64,000 bases of DNA from Victivallales bacterium (GTDB lineage Bacteria; Verrucomicrobiota; Lentisphaeria; Victivallales; UBA1829), in the NCBI GenBank assembly GCA_016285345.1, contig JAEEQN010000010.1, positions 3,465 through 67,464 of the forward strand. The letters run 5' to 3'. The notes under the pieces are model-generated. The model worked only from the letters and a program-made list of their open reading frames with translations. It had not been told where the DNA came from and did not search any database. A program made the translations under genes and the position numbers. This document shows, piece by piece, positions 1 through 10,345 of this stretch. How positions within the stretch are numbered: position 1 is the stretch's first letter; every line of letters starts with the position of its first letter.

Positions 1-3000
1 AGTTCCGGCCCGCTCATGCCCGGCATCCAGACGTCGGTGAGCACGGCGTCGAACCGCGTGTCGTTCATCAGTTTCAGCGCTTCCTCGCCCGATTCGGCGG
101 TGACGGTGTTCTTCACGCCGAGCTTCCGGCAGAGCGCCTCCAGCACCTTCAGGTTCAGCTTGTTGTCGTCGACCAGCAGCAGCGAGAGATCGACGTCCGC
201 GGGAAGCGCGTGCGTCCCGCCCTGCTGTTCGAGCTCGGCAGGCGCTTCGGTCTGGTACTCGGTGCGCGGGAGTTCGACTGTGAACGAGCTGCCGACGCCG
301 ACTTCGCTGTCGATCCTGACCTTGCCGCCCATTTTCGCGGCCATGAGGTTGCAGATGGAAAGCCCGAGCCCGGTGCCGACGATCTGCGTTTTCGTACGGA
401 TGCGCACGAACGGCTGCATGAGGTCGGCGAAATGGCTCTTGTCGATGCCGATGCCGGTGTCCTGCACGGTGAAGGAGAGCAGTCCGGTCTGTTTCCCGTC
501 GGCGGTCTGCGCGTCCGGCGTGAACCGGATATGCAGGGTGACGCCGCCCTTTTCGGTGAACTTGACGGCGTTTCCGATGAGGTTGAAGAGTATCTGGCTG
601 ATGCGCTGGGAATCGACCTTCACCCACGGGATCTCGTCGGGCGCGTCGAGCTTCAGGAAGAGCGCCTTGTTGTGCGCGGCGTCACCGACGATGGTGAGGA
701 CGTTTTCGGCGAGACGGCGGAAATCGCACATGGCGGGGTAGAGCTTGAGCTTGCCCGCGTCGAGCGAGGCGAAGTCCAGCACGTCGTTGATCAGTTGCAT
801 CAGGGTGTTGCCGCTGAAGATGATGTTGCCGAGGTATTCCGTAACCTTCTCCTGCGGGAGTCCGCCCTGCTGGAGCAGTTCGGAGAATCCGATGATCGAG
901 TTCAGCGGCGTACGGATGTCGTGGCTGACGCAGCTGAAGAAGAAGCTCTTGGCCTTTTCGGCGGAAATCGCCTTGTCGCGCTCGGCCTTCAGATTCTGCG
1001 TGAGCTCGTATTTCAGGAGCAGCATGTTCGCTGTATGCTGGAAGCTGCCCAACATCTCGTAGTCGGTCTGCGAGAAGGAACGCCACGGATCTTTGAAGTA
1101 GAGCGCGACGACACCCCAGACCTGGTCCCTGTGCATGAGGCGGAACGAACAGCGCGTTCCCATTTTGATGGCGCGGATGAAATTCGCCATGCGCGAGTCC
1201 GCGATGGGCATATTCTGCAGGTCGTTTTCGACCGTGATCTCGTGCTCTTCCAGCACGGTCATCCATTCGCTGTCGGTGTTGTTGTAGTCGCGGCGTTTCG
1301 GCATGTTCCGGAGGAACGACTGGTCGCTGTCCTCGAACCCCCATGTGGCCAGGATCTCCGGTCCGGTCTTCTGAAAATGAAGGAAGCTGCCTCCGTCCGC
1401 GGCGAAGTAATTGGAGACGATGCGGATGACCTCGCGAACGGCACTGAGTTCATCGGCCGCTTCGGAAAGGATCGCGGTCATACAGGAGTTGATGGCTTCC
1501 TGTCGGCGGATGCGGCGGTCGGATTCGGTGATGTCCACGGCGAACATGAAGATGTAGGAAAGCCTGTTCGAACCGTCCGTCACGCCGTGTGCGTCGATCT
1601 GCCAGAGCTTGCCGTTGATCTTCCGCTGGACGGAGGACGTGCGCAGACCGTTCATGATCGACTGGAGCAGCTGCGGCTTCACCTCGCGTTCAAGCAAAGC
1701 GATCGACTCCTGATAGGGTTTATTGCAGCGGAGCAGATGGCCGGAGCCGTCGAACATCGCCACAGGAATAATGGTGTTGTCGACGAGCAGCTGGTTCTCG
1801 CGTTCGCGCTGCTGGATTTCGCGCAGGGCGTTGCAGCGGTCCACGGCCATGGAGAGCAGCGACGCGGCGGCCTGCACCATCTGGAGATCGGCGGGACTGA
1901 AATGCGTCCTGAAGCTGACGTAATGGATGGCAAGCCCGCCCCAGAAACGCCCGTTGATCTTCACGCGGGCGATGATGGCGGATTTGGAGTGGCACCCGAC
2001 GTCCGGCAAATCCGCGTAGAGCGGCTCGACGTCCTCGAACGCGAGCACGGGCTCCTTGCGTCTTTCGCGGCACTGTTTCAGGATCGGGCAGTTCGGATCG
2101 TGTTTGCCGAGACGCTCGGTGCCGGGGCGCGTCCATTCGTTCATGAGGAGGAAACCGTCCGAAGGCTTCTGGGGGAGCATGAGGACCCGGTCGCAATGCA
2201 GGACGTCGAGCAGCTGTCCGGCAAGATAATCGCAGAATTCGCGGATGTCCGGATTCTCGTTGAAATAGGAGAGGATGTTCATCTTGAACTTCTCGACCCC
2301 GTGCAGCTTGCGCTCCTCTGTCACGTCGTGGGCGATGCCGACCAGCATTTTCCCGCCCCGGTCGGTGCGGAACGGCAGGAGCCATTTCTCGAAGACGTGC
2401 CAGCCGATGCCGGGGACCACTTCCTCGACGTCGGCGTGGATCAGATCCTTCGACTCCATGACTTCGGCGTGTTCCGAGGTCAGCTTGTCCGCGACCACGT
2501 TCGGGAAGATATCGTAGTCCGTCTTGCCGAGCACCTCGTCGCGCGTGCGCCCGATCATGCGGCAGAACTTCCGGTTGCACATGGTGTAGCGGAAATCGTC
2601 GCCGGCGTCCTTCACGAAGAAGGACATGGGCAGCGTGTCGATGATCTGTTCCAGCAGGCGCTTGGAATCCGCCAGGTTCTCCTGTTCGCGGATGCGGTAG
2701 AGGATGGCGGCGAACGTGTCCACCAGCATGAGGCGCGGTTCGAGGTTGTAGGTCGGGAACGGCATGCGGTTCATGAACTGGATGAGCATCGTGCCGATGT
2801 ACTGCCGCTGGTTGAAGATCTCGAACGCGAGCTGACAGGGCGGATAGCCGGGGCATTGTTCGGTGATTTCGGCAAGTTCCGGCACATGGGCGATATCGGG
2901 GAGCGCGCAGGCGTGTTTTTCCAGAAGGACGGGGCGCATGAATCCGATGAACTTTTCGCGGAGCTCGGGCGTGAGGTCCGGCAGTTTGCCCTTCATGTCC

Positions 3001-3947
3001 TCGCGGACAAACTCCGTACGCTCCTCCATGTCGCGATTCATCCAGATCATGCGGCAGCTGTCGAACTCGCGGAAGATGATCTCGGTGATGATCGACAGGA
3101 CCCTGTTCATGTCGGTTTCCTGCTGCGTCTTCTTCAGGATCTCGGCGTTCGCCGACTCGTACTTATGGAAGAACGCCTCCGCCGTGATATCCTCGACCGC
3201 GCCGAGGATCAGGCGGCGTCCGGAGGGATCGACGTACAGGTTTTCCGTGATATGGACAAACTGCGGAAATCCCTTGTCGTCCAACAGCGCCAGACGGAAA
3301 GACTGAGTCTTTTCAGGTTCCTGCACGGTCTTTTCGGAGAAGCCGCGCCATTGTCCGGCGACCGGAGCGGGAAGGAAGTCGGCGGCCTTTCTGCCGCGCA
3401 CCTCCATCTGATCAACGCGGAATATCTGCGCGAAGCCGCGGTTCGCGCGCATGAACCGGAAATCGTTGTCGACCTCCTGTACATATATGCCAAGCTGGAT
3501 GTTGTTCGCGATGGTCCGGAGAAGGCTTTCCCGCTTGGCGGCATCGGCCGGATCATTGTCGGAGGACTGTACAGACTTGACCGTAAAGAAGAGGATGCCC
3601 GCCTCCGTACCGTCGGCCAGGACGACCGGCTGCATGACGGATTCGTACCACGCACCGGAGGATTCGGTTTCGGCGCAGACATGGAATGTGAGCTCAAAAT
3701 CCGGCAGAGAAACGCGGCATTCGCTGTTGCCGGACTTCACGGTGTCCGACGGGATCAGTTCGTCAAGAGATTGTCCGGCAAGCTCGCCGGAGCCCCGTCC
3801 GAACGCCTTTTCCGCGGACGGATTCCCGTACAGGATGACGCCGTCGCGTCCGCGGACGATCACACCGTCCGACAGATGGCGGTATACAGCATCAAAAGCC
3901 CCCGAAGCGAAGCGGATCGTTCCATTTTTCGTTTGTTCCCCGGCCAT
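1..3947 (-). CDS. hybrid sensor histidine kinase/response regulator (PAS/GAF - HisKA - HATPase_c - REC), C-terminus cut by window edge
   Basis: Own minus-strand translation from the ATG at 3947 (MAGEQTKNGTIRFASGAFDAVYRHLSDG...) stays open to position 1, so it is missing from the ORF track. H-box EKAKSFFFSCVSHDIRTPLN lies at about 900-960. G2 box QIVGTGLGLSICNLMAAKMGG lies at about 330-390. Receiver start SLLLLVDDNKLN...DVWMPGMSGPEL lies at about 1-190. The plus-strand ORF 210..3986 is its antisense shadow. Confidence 0.9.
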   Translation of the reverse strand, partial: MAGEQTKNGTIRFASGAFDAVYRHLSDGVIVRGRDGVILYGNPSAEKAFGRGSGELAGQSLDELIPSDTVKSGNSECRVSLPDFELTFHVCAETESSGAWYESVMQPVVLADGTEAGILFFTVKSVQSSDNDPADAAKRESLLRTIANNIQLGIYVQEVDNDFRFMRANRGFAQIFRVDQMEVRGRKAADFLPAPVAGQWRGFSEKTVQEPEKTQSFRLALLDDKGFPQFVHITENLYVDPSGRRLILGAVEDITAEAFFHKYESANAEILKKTQQETDMNRVLSIITEIIFREFDSCRMIWMNRDMEERTEFVREDMKGKLPDLTPELREKFIGFMRPVLLEKHACALPDIAHVPELAEITEQCPGYPPCQLAFEIFNQRQYIGTMLIQFMNRMPFPTYNLEPRLMLVDTFAAILYRIREQENLADSKRLLEQIIDTLPMSFFVKDAGDDFRYTMCNRKFCRMIGRTRDEVLGKTDYDIFPNVVADKLTSEHAEVMESKDLIHADVEEVVPGIGWHVFEKWLLPFRTDRGGKMLVGIAHDVTEERKLHGVEKFKMNILSYFNENPDIREFCDYLAGQLLDVLHCDRVLMLPQKPSDGFLLMNEWTRPGTERLGKHDPNCPILKQCRERRKEPVLAFEDVEPLYADLPDVGCHSKSAIIARVKINGRFWGGLAIHYVSFRTHFSPADLQMVQAAASLLSMAVDRCNALREIQQRERENQLLVDNTIIPVAMFDGSGHLLRCNKPYQESIALLEREVKPQLLQSIMNGLRTSSVQRKINGKLWQIDAHGVTDGSNRLSYIFMFAVDITESDRRIRRQEAINSCMTAILSEAADELSAVREVIRIVSNYFAADGGSFLHFQKTGPEILATWGFEDSDQSFLRNMPKRRDYNNTDSEWMTVLEEHEITVENDLQNMPIADSRMANFIRAIKMGTRCSFRLMHRDQVWGVVALYFKDPWRSFSQTDYEMLGSFQHTANMLLLKYELTQNLKAERDKAISAEKAKSFFFSCVSHDIRTPLNSIIGFSELLQQGGLPQEKVTEYLGNIIFSGNTLMQLINDVLDFASLDAGKLKLYPAMCDFRRLAENVLTIVGDAAHNKALFLKLDAPDEIPWVKVDSQRISQILFNLIGNAVKFTEKGGVTLHIRFTPDAQTADGKQTGLLSFTVQDTGIGIDKSHFADLMQPFVRIRTKTQIVGTGLGLSICNLMAAKMGGKVRIDSEVGVGSSFTVELPRTEYQTEAPAELEQQGGTHALPADVDLSLLLVDDNKLNLKVLEALCRKLGVKNTVTAESGEEALKLMNDTRFDAVLTDVWMPGMSGPE

Positions 3948-4203
3948 ATTTTCGCGCGTCCTCTATATTTAATCCAAAAAAAATAATCTTTTACTTTATC
4001 ACGGTTTTTCCGAAAAGTCAAGCGCAAACAATTGTTTCACTGGGTATAGGAAACAAACACATTCAGCGTGACGCAGCTCATTTATTTTTTTCGTTTTTTT
4101 CCGCGCATCCGGTTGATTTTTCATTCATCGGCTGTATGTTATAAAAAAAGATTTTCCGTTCAAACGAACCTCATTCCGGCATCGCCGGGAAAGGATTTGC
4201 CCC

Positions 4204-6120
4204 GTGAAATTGAGAACCATCACACTCGGAATCGTCCTCGCGGCGACCGCCGCCCTGCCCGCCTGCATCTGCACGCAAAACGGATCGTCCGCCCCACAGG
4301 AAACCGCGATCCATCATATCTACCGGGGCAATCCGCTCGCCACGCGGTCGGACCTCCAGCGCGCCGCCGTCGATGTGCTCCGCCCCCTGCTCCCATACTA
4401 CTCGAAGAACGGCGCACGTCTGCATCAGGGATTCACTGGTGCGAGCTACCCGGACAGCACTGCGGAGATGGAGGCGTTCTCCCGTCCCGTGTGGGCGCTC
4501 GGCCCGCTCTGGGCGGGCGGCGGCGATGATCCGGAGCTGCGCGACGTCTGCGTGCGCGGCCTGATCGCGGGCACCGATCCGGCGAATCCCGAGTACTGGG
4601 GCAACGTCGGCGACTACGACCAGAAGATCGTCGAGATGGCGGCGATCGGGCTGGCGCTGGCGATCGCGCCGGAAAAAGTCTGGGATCCGCTGACGAAGGA
4701 ACAGCAGGACAACCTGTACAAATGGCTGAACAACGCGAACCTCCGCAAAGCCTGGCCGTGCAACTGGGAGATGTTCCGCGTGGTCGTGAACATCGGATTC
4801 CGCCGCGTCGGGCGTCCCTACGACAAAAAATCGGTCGAAACCGCGCTGAACGCCATGGAGCCGTGGTATCTCGGCAACGGATGGTACACCGACGGCGAAA
4901 ACGCCCACGCCGACCACTACAACTCCTGGGGCATGCACTTCTACTGCCTGCTGTACGCCGCGCTCATGAAGGACGAGGACCCCGTCCGCGCCGAGCTCTA
5001 CAAGGAGCGCGCCCGCGTCTTCGCGCAGGACTACATGTATTATTTCGGCGACGACGGCTCCGCGATCCCGTACGGACGCAGCCTCGCCTACCGGTTCGCA
5101 GAAGCGGCGTTCTGGGCGGCATACGCCTACGCGGACGTCGGCGGGATCGAACCCGGCGTCCTGAAGGGGCTCTTCCTGCGGAACATGCGGAAATGGCTCA
5201 GCCGTCCGATCTTCGACACGGGCGGCGTCCTGACGGTCGGCTACGCGTACCCGAACATGAGCATGGCGGAGAGCTACAACGGATTCGGCTCGGTCTACTG
5301 GGGCATGAAGTCGTTCCTCGTGCTCGCCCTCCCCGAGGACCATCCGTTCTGGGCGGCCGAAGAACTCCCGATGCCGGAGCTGCCCGCCTCGCGCCGCATG
5401 GACGGTCCGCACTTCATCGCCCAGCGCGACGGCTCGCACGCCGTATTCTTCGCCGCCGGGCAGAAACCGCGCATGCAGCATACGCACGGACAGGCGAAAT
5501 ACGAGAAGTTCGCCTACTCCAATTTGTACGGATTCGGCGTCCCGAAGGGCCCCTACGGGCTCTCCCAGATCGTCCCCGACTCCATGCTCGCCGTAACCGA
5601 CGCCGGCAGCGACCGCTACGCCGTGAAGCGCGACACGAAGGACTACGAAGTCACCGACGACTGGATCCGCACCGACTGGTCCCCGCTCATGGGCGTCACG
5701 ATCCGCACCTGGATCGTCCCCGCCCTGCCCTGGCATGTCCGCATCCACGAAATCACATCCGACCGAACGCTCCAGACCTTCGACGGCGGATTCGCGTTCC
5801 CCGCCGATGGCGTTTCAGCAAAGACCGACCGTAAGTCCGTCTTCGTCTCGCAGTCCGGCGGCATGTCCTGCGGAGCCGTCGACCTCTCCGGCGGCCGCAC
5901 CGCGGTCAACCAGAGCACGGAGCCGAACACGAATCTGATCCTGCCGCGCGCGACCATCCCCGGACTTCAGGGCAACGTCCCGAAGGGCACGACCACGATC
6001 GTTTCCGCGTTCTACTGCGGCAATAGCGACCGGGGAGAAACGCCGTCCGTGACGACCTCGGACGATGCCTACACGGTCCGGATCGGCGGCAGGACCGTTG
6101 TGATCCCTCGCAGGAAATAA
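4204..6120 (+). CDS. DUF2264-family lipoprotein (GH154-like putative glycoside hydrolase)
   Basis: 638-aa ORF with a GTG start. Signal peptide plus lipobox (LAATAALPAC). Sequence blocks typical of DUF2264 proteins: YPDSTAEMEAFSRPVWALGPLW, GNGWYTDGE, AIPYGRSLAYRFA. Confidence 0.8.
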   Translation: MKLRTITLGIVLAATAALPACICTQNGSSAPQETAIHHIYRGNPLATRSDLQRAAVDVLRPLLPYYSKNGARLHQGFTGASYPDSTAEMEAFSRPVWALGPLWAGGGDDPELRDVCVRGLIAGTDPANPEYWGNVGDYDQKIVEMAAIGLALAIAPEKVWDPLTKEQQDNLYKWLNNANLRKAWPCNWEMFRVVVNIGFRRVGRPYDKKSVETALNAMEPWYLGNGWYTDGENAHADHYNSWGMHFYCLLYAALMKDEDPVRAELYKERARVFAQDYMYYFGDDGSAIPYGRSLAYRFAEAAFWAAYAYADVGGIEPGVLKGLFLRNMRKWLSRPIFDTGGVLTVGYAYPNMSMAESYNGFGSVYWGMKSFLVLALPEDHPFWAAEELPMPELPASRRMDGPHFIAQRDGSHAVFFAAGQKPRMQHTHGQAKYEKFAYSNLYGFGVPKGPYGLSQIVPDSMLAVTDAGSDRYAVKRDTKDYEVTDDWIRTDWSPLMGVTIRTWIVPALPWHVRIHEITSDRTLQTFDGGFAFPADGVSAKTDRKSVFVSQSGGMSCGAVDLSGGRTAVNQSTEPNTNLILPRATIPGLQGNVPKGTTTIVSAFYCGNSDRGETPSVTTSDDAYTVRIGGRTVVIPRRK

Positions 6121-6246
6121 AACACAAAAAATATTTAAGGTTTTTACGTTTTTCGCTTGATTCTTTCCGTTTTTTGTGTATATTTAGCTTTTGATGGAAC
6201 AATCAACCCGAGTTAAGCTCAACTCCAACCCCCAAGGAACCACAAA

Positions 6247-8229
6247 ATGAACCGTAAATCGACCGGAAGCATGCTCCTCGCCCTGATCGCCATGACCGTC
6301 GGCGCGACCGCCTGCCAGTCCGCCCCAGTGCCGGAAGCCGATCCCGAAGCCTCCGTCAAGGGCACCATGACCGTGAACATGAACGACAAGCTCAAGATCT
6401 CCGACACCATGTTCGGTATCTTCTTCGAGGATATCAACTACGGCGCGGACGGCGGCCTTTACGCCGAGCTCGTGGCGAACCGCGACTTCGAATGCACCCC
6501 GGCCGACGCGCGCGGCTGGAGCGCGAAGAAGTTCTGGGCCGTCGACGGCGGCAACATGAAGTTCGACATCGCCACCAGCGATCCGATCCACGCGAACAAT
6601 CCGCACTACGCCGTGATCTCCGTCGACGCGGTCGGCCCCCGCCTCATCAACGAAGGCTTCGGCGGTTTCCGCTATGAAAAGGGCGCGGACTACAACTTCT
6701 CCATGTTCGCCCGCCAGCAGGGCGCCAAGTCCGTCAAGATTGAAGTCGGCCTCCTCTCCGACACCGGCGCGGTCCTCGCATCCAAAACGGTCACGGTGGA
6801 CGACAAGACCTGGGACAAGGTCGATTTCACCCTCACCGCCAACGCCGGCAACTCCACCGCCGACGCCTGCGGCAAGTTCTACCTGAAGCCCCTCACCGCC
6901 GGCGCGGAAGTCGCCGTCGACATGGTCTCCCTCTTCCCGAAGGACACCTTCAAGGGCCGCAAGAACGGTCTCCGCAAGGACCTCGCCCAGACGCTCGCCG
7001 ACCTGAAGCCTCAGTTCGTCCGCTTCCCCGGCGGCTGCGTGGCGCACGGCAACAGCTGGCAGGACGACTGCTACTACTGGAAAGATTCCGTCGGCTCGCT
7101 TGAAGAACGCAAACCGATCAAGAACCGCTGGGGCTACCACCAGACCCGCGGCCTCGGCTACTTCGAATACTTCCAGTTCTGCGAAGACATCGGCGCGTAC
7201 GCACTCCCGATCATCACCGTCGGCGTCGACTGCCAGTTCACCGGCGGCCAGCAGGCCGTCCCGATGGACCAGATGGGCCGCATCGTCCAGGACGCCCTCG
7301 ACCTCGTCGAATTCGCCAACGGCTCCACCGACACCCAGTGGGGCGCGCTCCGCGCGAAGATGGGTCATCCGAAGCCGTTCGGCCTGAAATATATCGGCCT
7401 CGGCAACGAGGAACAGATCACCGACGCATTCGAACAGCGCTTCAAAATGGTCAACGACGCGCTCGTCGCCAAGTATCCCGACATCGTCGTGGTCGGCACC
7501 GTCGGACCCGGCGCTTCCGGACGCGACTACGACCGCGGCTGGAGATTCGCCCGTCAGGAGAAACTCCCGATCGTCGACGAGCACTTCTACATGAACCCGA
7601 ACTGGTTCGTGGACAGCGCGCAGCACCGCTATGACAACTACGACCGCACCGGCCCGAAGGTCTACGCAGGCGAATATGCCGCCCACGCGCAGGGCAATCC
7701 CCGCCCGAACACCATCGAGACCGCCCTCGACGAGGCCATCTTCCTGACCGGCGTCGAACGCAACGGCGACGTCGTCGTGATGTCCTCCTACGCGCCGCTC
7801 CTCGGCAAGCACGGCAACATGCAGTGGACCCCGAACATGATCTACTTCTCGAACACGAAGATCGACAAGACCACGACCTACGAGGTTCAGAAGCTCTTCG
7901 GCGCGAACGCGGGCACGAACTACCTGAAGAACAAGCTCGACTTCGGCGGCGCGCTCGACGCCCGCCAGACGCTCAGAGTCGCCGCCTCCGCCGTCCAGAC
8001 CAGGGACGGAGACACCGTCCTGAAGTACGTCAACACCCTCGACCAGGCCGTCTCCATCACCGTCACGCTCGACAACGGCAAAGGCATCCCCGCCTCCGCG
8101 AAGCGCACCGTCCTCACCGGACCCGCCTTCACCGGCAAGGAATACACGCTCACCGACAACTACATCAAGCTCGGCGAAAAGTTCACCGTGAACCTCCCCG
8201 CCCACTCCATGACCGTCATCCGCTTCTGA
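6247..8229 (+). CDS. alpha-L-arabinofuranosidase, GH51, lipoprotein
   Basis: 660-aa ORF. Lipobox (TVGATAC). Blocks FGIFFEDINYGADGGLYAELVANRDFE, FVRFPGGCVAHGN, acid/base motif GLGNEE and YAGEYAAH are typical of GH51 AbfA-type enzymes. Confidence 0.9.
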   Translation: MNRKSTGSMLLALIAMTVGATACQSAPVPEADPEASVKGTMTVNMNDKLKISDTMFGIFFEDINYGADGGLYAELVANRDFECTPADARGWSAKKFWAVDGGNMKFDIATSDPIHANNPHYAVISVDAVGPRLINEGFGGFRYEKGADYNFSMFARQQGAKSVKIEVGLLSDTGAVLASKTVTVDDKTWDKVDFTLTANAGNSTADACGKFYLKPLTAGAEVAVDMVSLFPKDTFKGRKNGLRKDLAQTLADLKPQFVRFPGGCVAHGNSWQDDCYYWKDSVGSLEERKPIKNRWGYHQTRGLGYFEYFQFCEDIGAYALPIITVGVDCQFTGGQQAVPMDQMGRIVQDALDLVEFANGSTDTQWGALRAKMGHPKPFGLKYIGLGNEEQITDAFEQRFKMVNDALVAKYPDIVVVGTVGPGASGRDYDRGWRFARQEKLPIVDEHFYMNPNWFVDSAQHRYDNYDRTGPKVYAGEYAAHAQGNPRPNTIETALDEAIFLTGVERNGDVVVMSSYAPLLGKHGNMQWTPNMIYFSNTKIDKTTTYEVQKLFGANAGTNYLKNKLDFGGALDARQTLRVAASAVQTRDGDTVLKYVNTLDQAVSITVTLDNGKGIPASAKRTVLTGPAFTGKEYTLTDNYIKLGEKFTVNLPAHSMTVIRF

Positions 8230-8273
8230 GCGGACGGCGGTTTGCCTGAGACAGGGCAAACCTGACGACACAG

Positions 8274-8310
8274 GCCTGTTCCGTCCGCAATGTTCGGAAC
8301 AGGCTTTTTT
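8274..8310 (+). terminator. rho-independent terminator after the GH51 gene
   Basis: gcctgttccg (8274-8283) / cggaacaggc (8295-8304) stem followed by TTTTTT (8305-8310). Confidence 0.7.
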
Positions 8311-8515
8311 CCGCGGTTTTCCGCCTCGGAACGAAGAAAAAACAAAAAAAAGAAAAGATTTTATTCGGAAGATACAATATTTCGCATTGTCGAAACGTTA
8401 TTTGATTGGTCCGAGTCGATCCGGGCATCGCCCGCTCCCATGGATCCGGCGAAAAAAACGCCGGAAGCCCGGACACCAACGTTAATACGACAGACAAGAG
8501 AAAGGAACACCGGTC

Positions 8516-10270
8516 ATGAAGAAAAACTACACTGCATTCATTCTCGCGGCTTTGATCATTCCCGCAACAGGACTTCTCGCGCGGGGACGCGGCGGCGGTC
8601 GCGCCGGCGGAGGCGGAGGACGCCCCGGCGGCGGAGCAGCAGTGTCCCGTCAGCCCGGCGGACGTCCCGGCGGTGCACAACCCGGAAGCCGTCCCGGCGG
8701 TCCTGCACCCGTCGAACGTCGTCTCGGCGGCGCCGTCGTCATTTCCGGCGGACGTCCCGCGGCACGTCCGCTTAATCCGCCGCAGCCGCCCCCTCCCCCG
8801 ACGGGCGGCCCGGTGGTCGTCAGTCCCGAATTCTTCGATCCGCTGCTGCCCGGCTACGGCTACTACGGCTACAGATACGGCCGCGTGATCGTGGTCCCGC
8901 CCAGTGTCATCGTCACGGAACCGGACGTCGTGCAGCAGGAAGTCGTGGTCGTGCCGGCCGAACCCGAAACGAAAGTTGTGCCCGCGGTCGAGGTGAAGAC
9001 CGAGGAAAAGCCCGCCGTTGCGGCCGCTCCTGTAAAAGCGGGCGACTTCCAGCTGGTGCTTCTGGAGGACGATTCGGAGGACACCACGCCCGCCGTCTGC
9101 TACAAAGTCGGCGAGGAAATGAAGTTCACATTCTCCGTGAACAAGCTCGCACAGAATCCGGTCGAAGGCAAACTCTTCATGAAATGGAAACGCTCCGGCG
9201 ACGACGGCAAGGTGGAACAGGGCCGCAACGAGATCTCGACGGGGCAAGCCATTACACTCGCGACCACCATCGACCGCCCCGGATTCGTCCGCATCGAAGC
9301 TTCGCTTGAGGACGAGGCCGGACACGACCTGAAGAGCAAGTTCGACGGCGGCGCGGGCGCGGAGATCGAGAAGCTCACGCAGGCCGTCCCCGAACCCGAG
9401 GATTTCGACGCGTTCTGGGCGAAACAGAAGCAGGAACTCGCCGCCGTGGCCGCCGCGCCCGAGCTCAAAAAGATCAAGGCGAAGCAGGACGGTTTCGACG
9501 CCTACGAGGTCAAGATCCCGTGCACCGGACCGCGTCCCGTGACAGGCTATCTCATCATCCCGACCGGCGCGGAGGCGAAATCCCTGCCCGCGAAGGTGCA
9601 TTTCCAGGCGTACGGCGTACGCGACCAGGCGGTCCCGGACGGCGTGCCCGGCATGGTCTATTTCGACGTCAACGCGCACGGGATCGAGCTGAGCCAGCCG
9701 AAATCCTACTACGATGGCATCCGCGCGCAGCTCGGCCACTACGCCTACAACAACGAGGAAAACAAGACGCCCGACACCTCCTACTTCCGCTACATGGCGG
9801 TACGCGTGATCCGCGCGTTCGACTTCGTCAAGACCGTGGCGGCGTGGAACGGCAAGGACCTCGGCGTGATCGGCTACAGCCAGGGCGGACTTCAGGCGGC
9901 ATGGGCCGCCGGACTCGTCCCGGAGATCACCCACGCCGAGATCGGCATGCCGTGGTGCTCCGACGTCGGCTGCGCCAGGGCGGGCCGTCAGCGCGGCACC
10001 TGCCCGGACTACCAGCCCGGCCTCGACTACTTCGACCCGGTGAACCACATCAAGCGCGCACCCGAGACGTGCCTGGTCGACATCGTGCGCGCCGGACTCG
10101 GGGATTACGTCGCGCAGCCGTCCGGCGTCGCCGTGCTGTTCAACAACGCCCCCGCCAGGAAGCGCGTGATCTACTACCAGAACTGCGCCCACGCCGAGCC
10201 GAACGCCCTCTCCACGCCGATCGTCATGCGGACGGAGGACTGGCCGGAACCCGAGACACAGGCAAAGTAA
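8516..10270 (+). CDS. acetyl xylan esterase (CE7/AXE1 family) with long Gly/Arg/Pro-rich N-terminal region
   Basis: 584-aa ORF with an N-terminal signal peptide and about 190 aa of low complexity (RGRGGGRAGGGGGRPGGG..PPQPPPPP). Then FDAFWAKQKQEL..., the nucleophile motif GYSQGG, and a C-terminal His region typical of AXE1/cephalosporin-C deacetylase. Confidence 0.8.
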   Translation: MKKNYTAFILAALIIPATGLLARGRGGGRAGGGGGRPGGGAAVSRQPGGRPGGAQPGSRPGGPAPVERRLGGAVVISGGRPAARPLNPPQPPPPPTGGPVVVSPEFFDPLLPGYGYYGYRYGRVIVVPPSVIVTEPDVVQQEVVVVPAEPETKVVPAVEVKTEEKPAVAAAPVKAGDFQLVLLEDDSEDTTPAVCYKVGEEMKFTFSVNKLAQNPVEGKLFMKWKRSGDDGKVEQGRNEISTGQAITLATTIDRPGFVRIEASLEDEAGHDLKSKFDGGAGAEIEKLTQAVPEPEDFDAFWAKQKQELAAVAAAPELKKIKAKQDGFDAYEVKIPCTGPRPVTGYLIIPTGAEAKSLPAKVHFQAYGVRDQAVPDGVPGMVYFDVNAHGIELSQPKSYYDGIRAQLGHYAYNNEENKTPDTSYFRYMAVRVIRAFDFVKTVAAWNGKDLGVIGYSQGGLQAAWAAGLVPEITHAEIGMPWCSDVGCARAGRQRGTCPDYQPGLDYFDPVNHIKRAPETCLVDIVRAGLGDYVAQPSGVAVLFNNAPARKRVIYYQNCAHAEPNALSTPIVMRTEDWPEPETQAK

Positions 10271-10285
10271 AACGGCAGGCATTCA

Positions 10286-10318
10286 GGCGGAATCGAGTAT
10301 CTTGATTCCGCCTTTTTT
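10286..10318 (+). terminator. rho-independent terminator after the CE7 gene
   Basis: ggcggaatc (10286-10294) / gattccgcc (10304-10312) stem followed by TTTTTT. Confidence 0.7.
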
Positions 10319-10345
10319 CCCTCGAAACAGAAAGGAAATGATTTC

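Noticed and set aside
210-3986. 1258-aa plus-strand ORF, the longest in the track at the left end.
   Set aside because: Its composition (Arg/Gly/Asp/Val/Leu-rich with no motifs) is typical of the antisense frame of a high-GC gene. The opposite strand translates into a textbook PAS/GAF-HisKA-HATPase-REC kinase with all signature motifs.
4171-10282. Long minus-strand ORFs 4171..5748, 6184..8271 and 8216..10282.
   Set aside because: They are antisense shadows of the DUF2264, GH51 and CE7 genes. They have no recognisable motifs and Arg/Gly/Asp-dominated composition.
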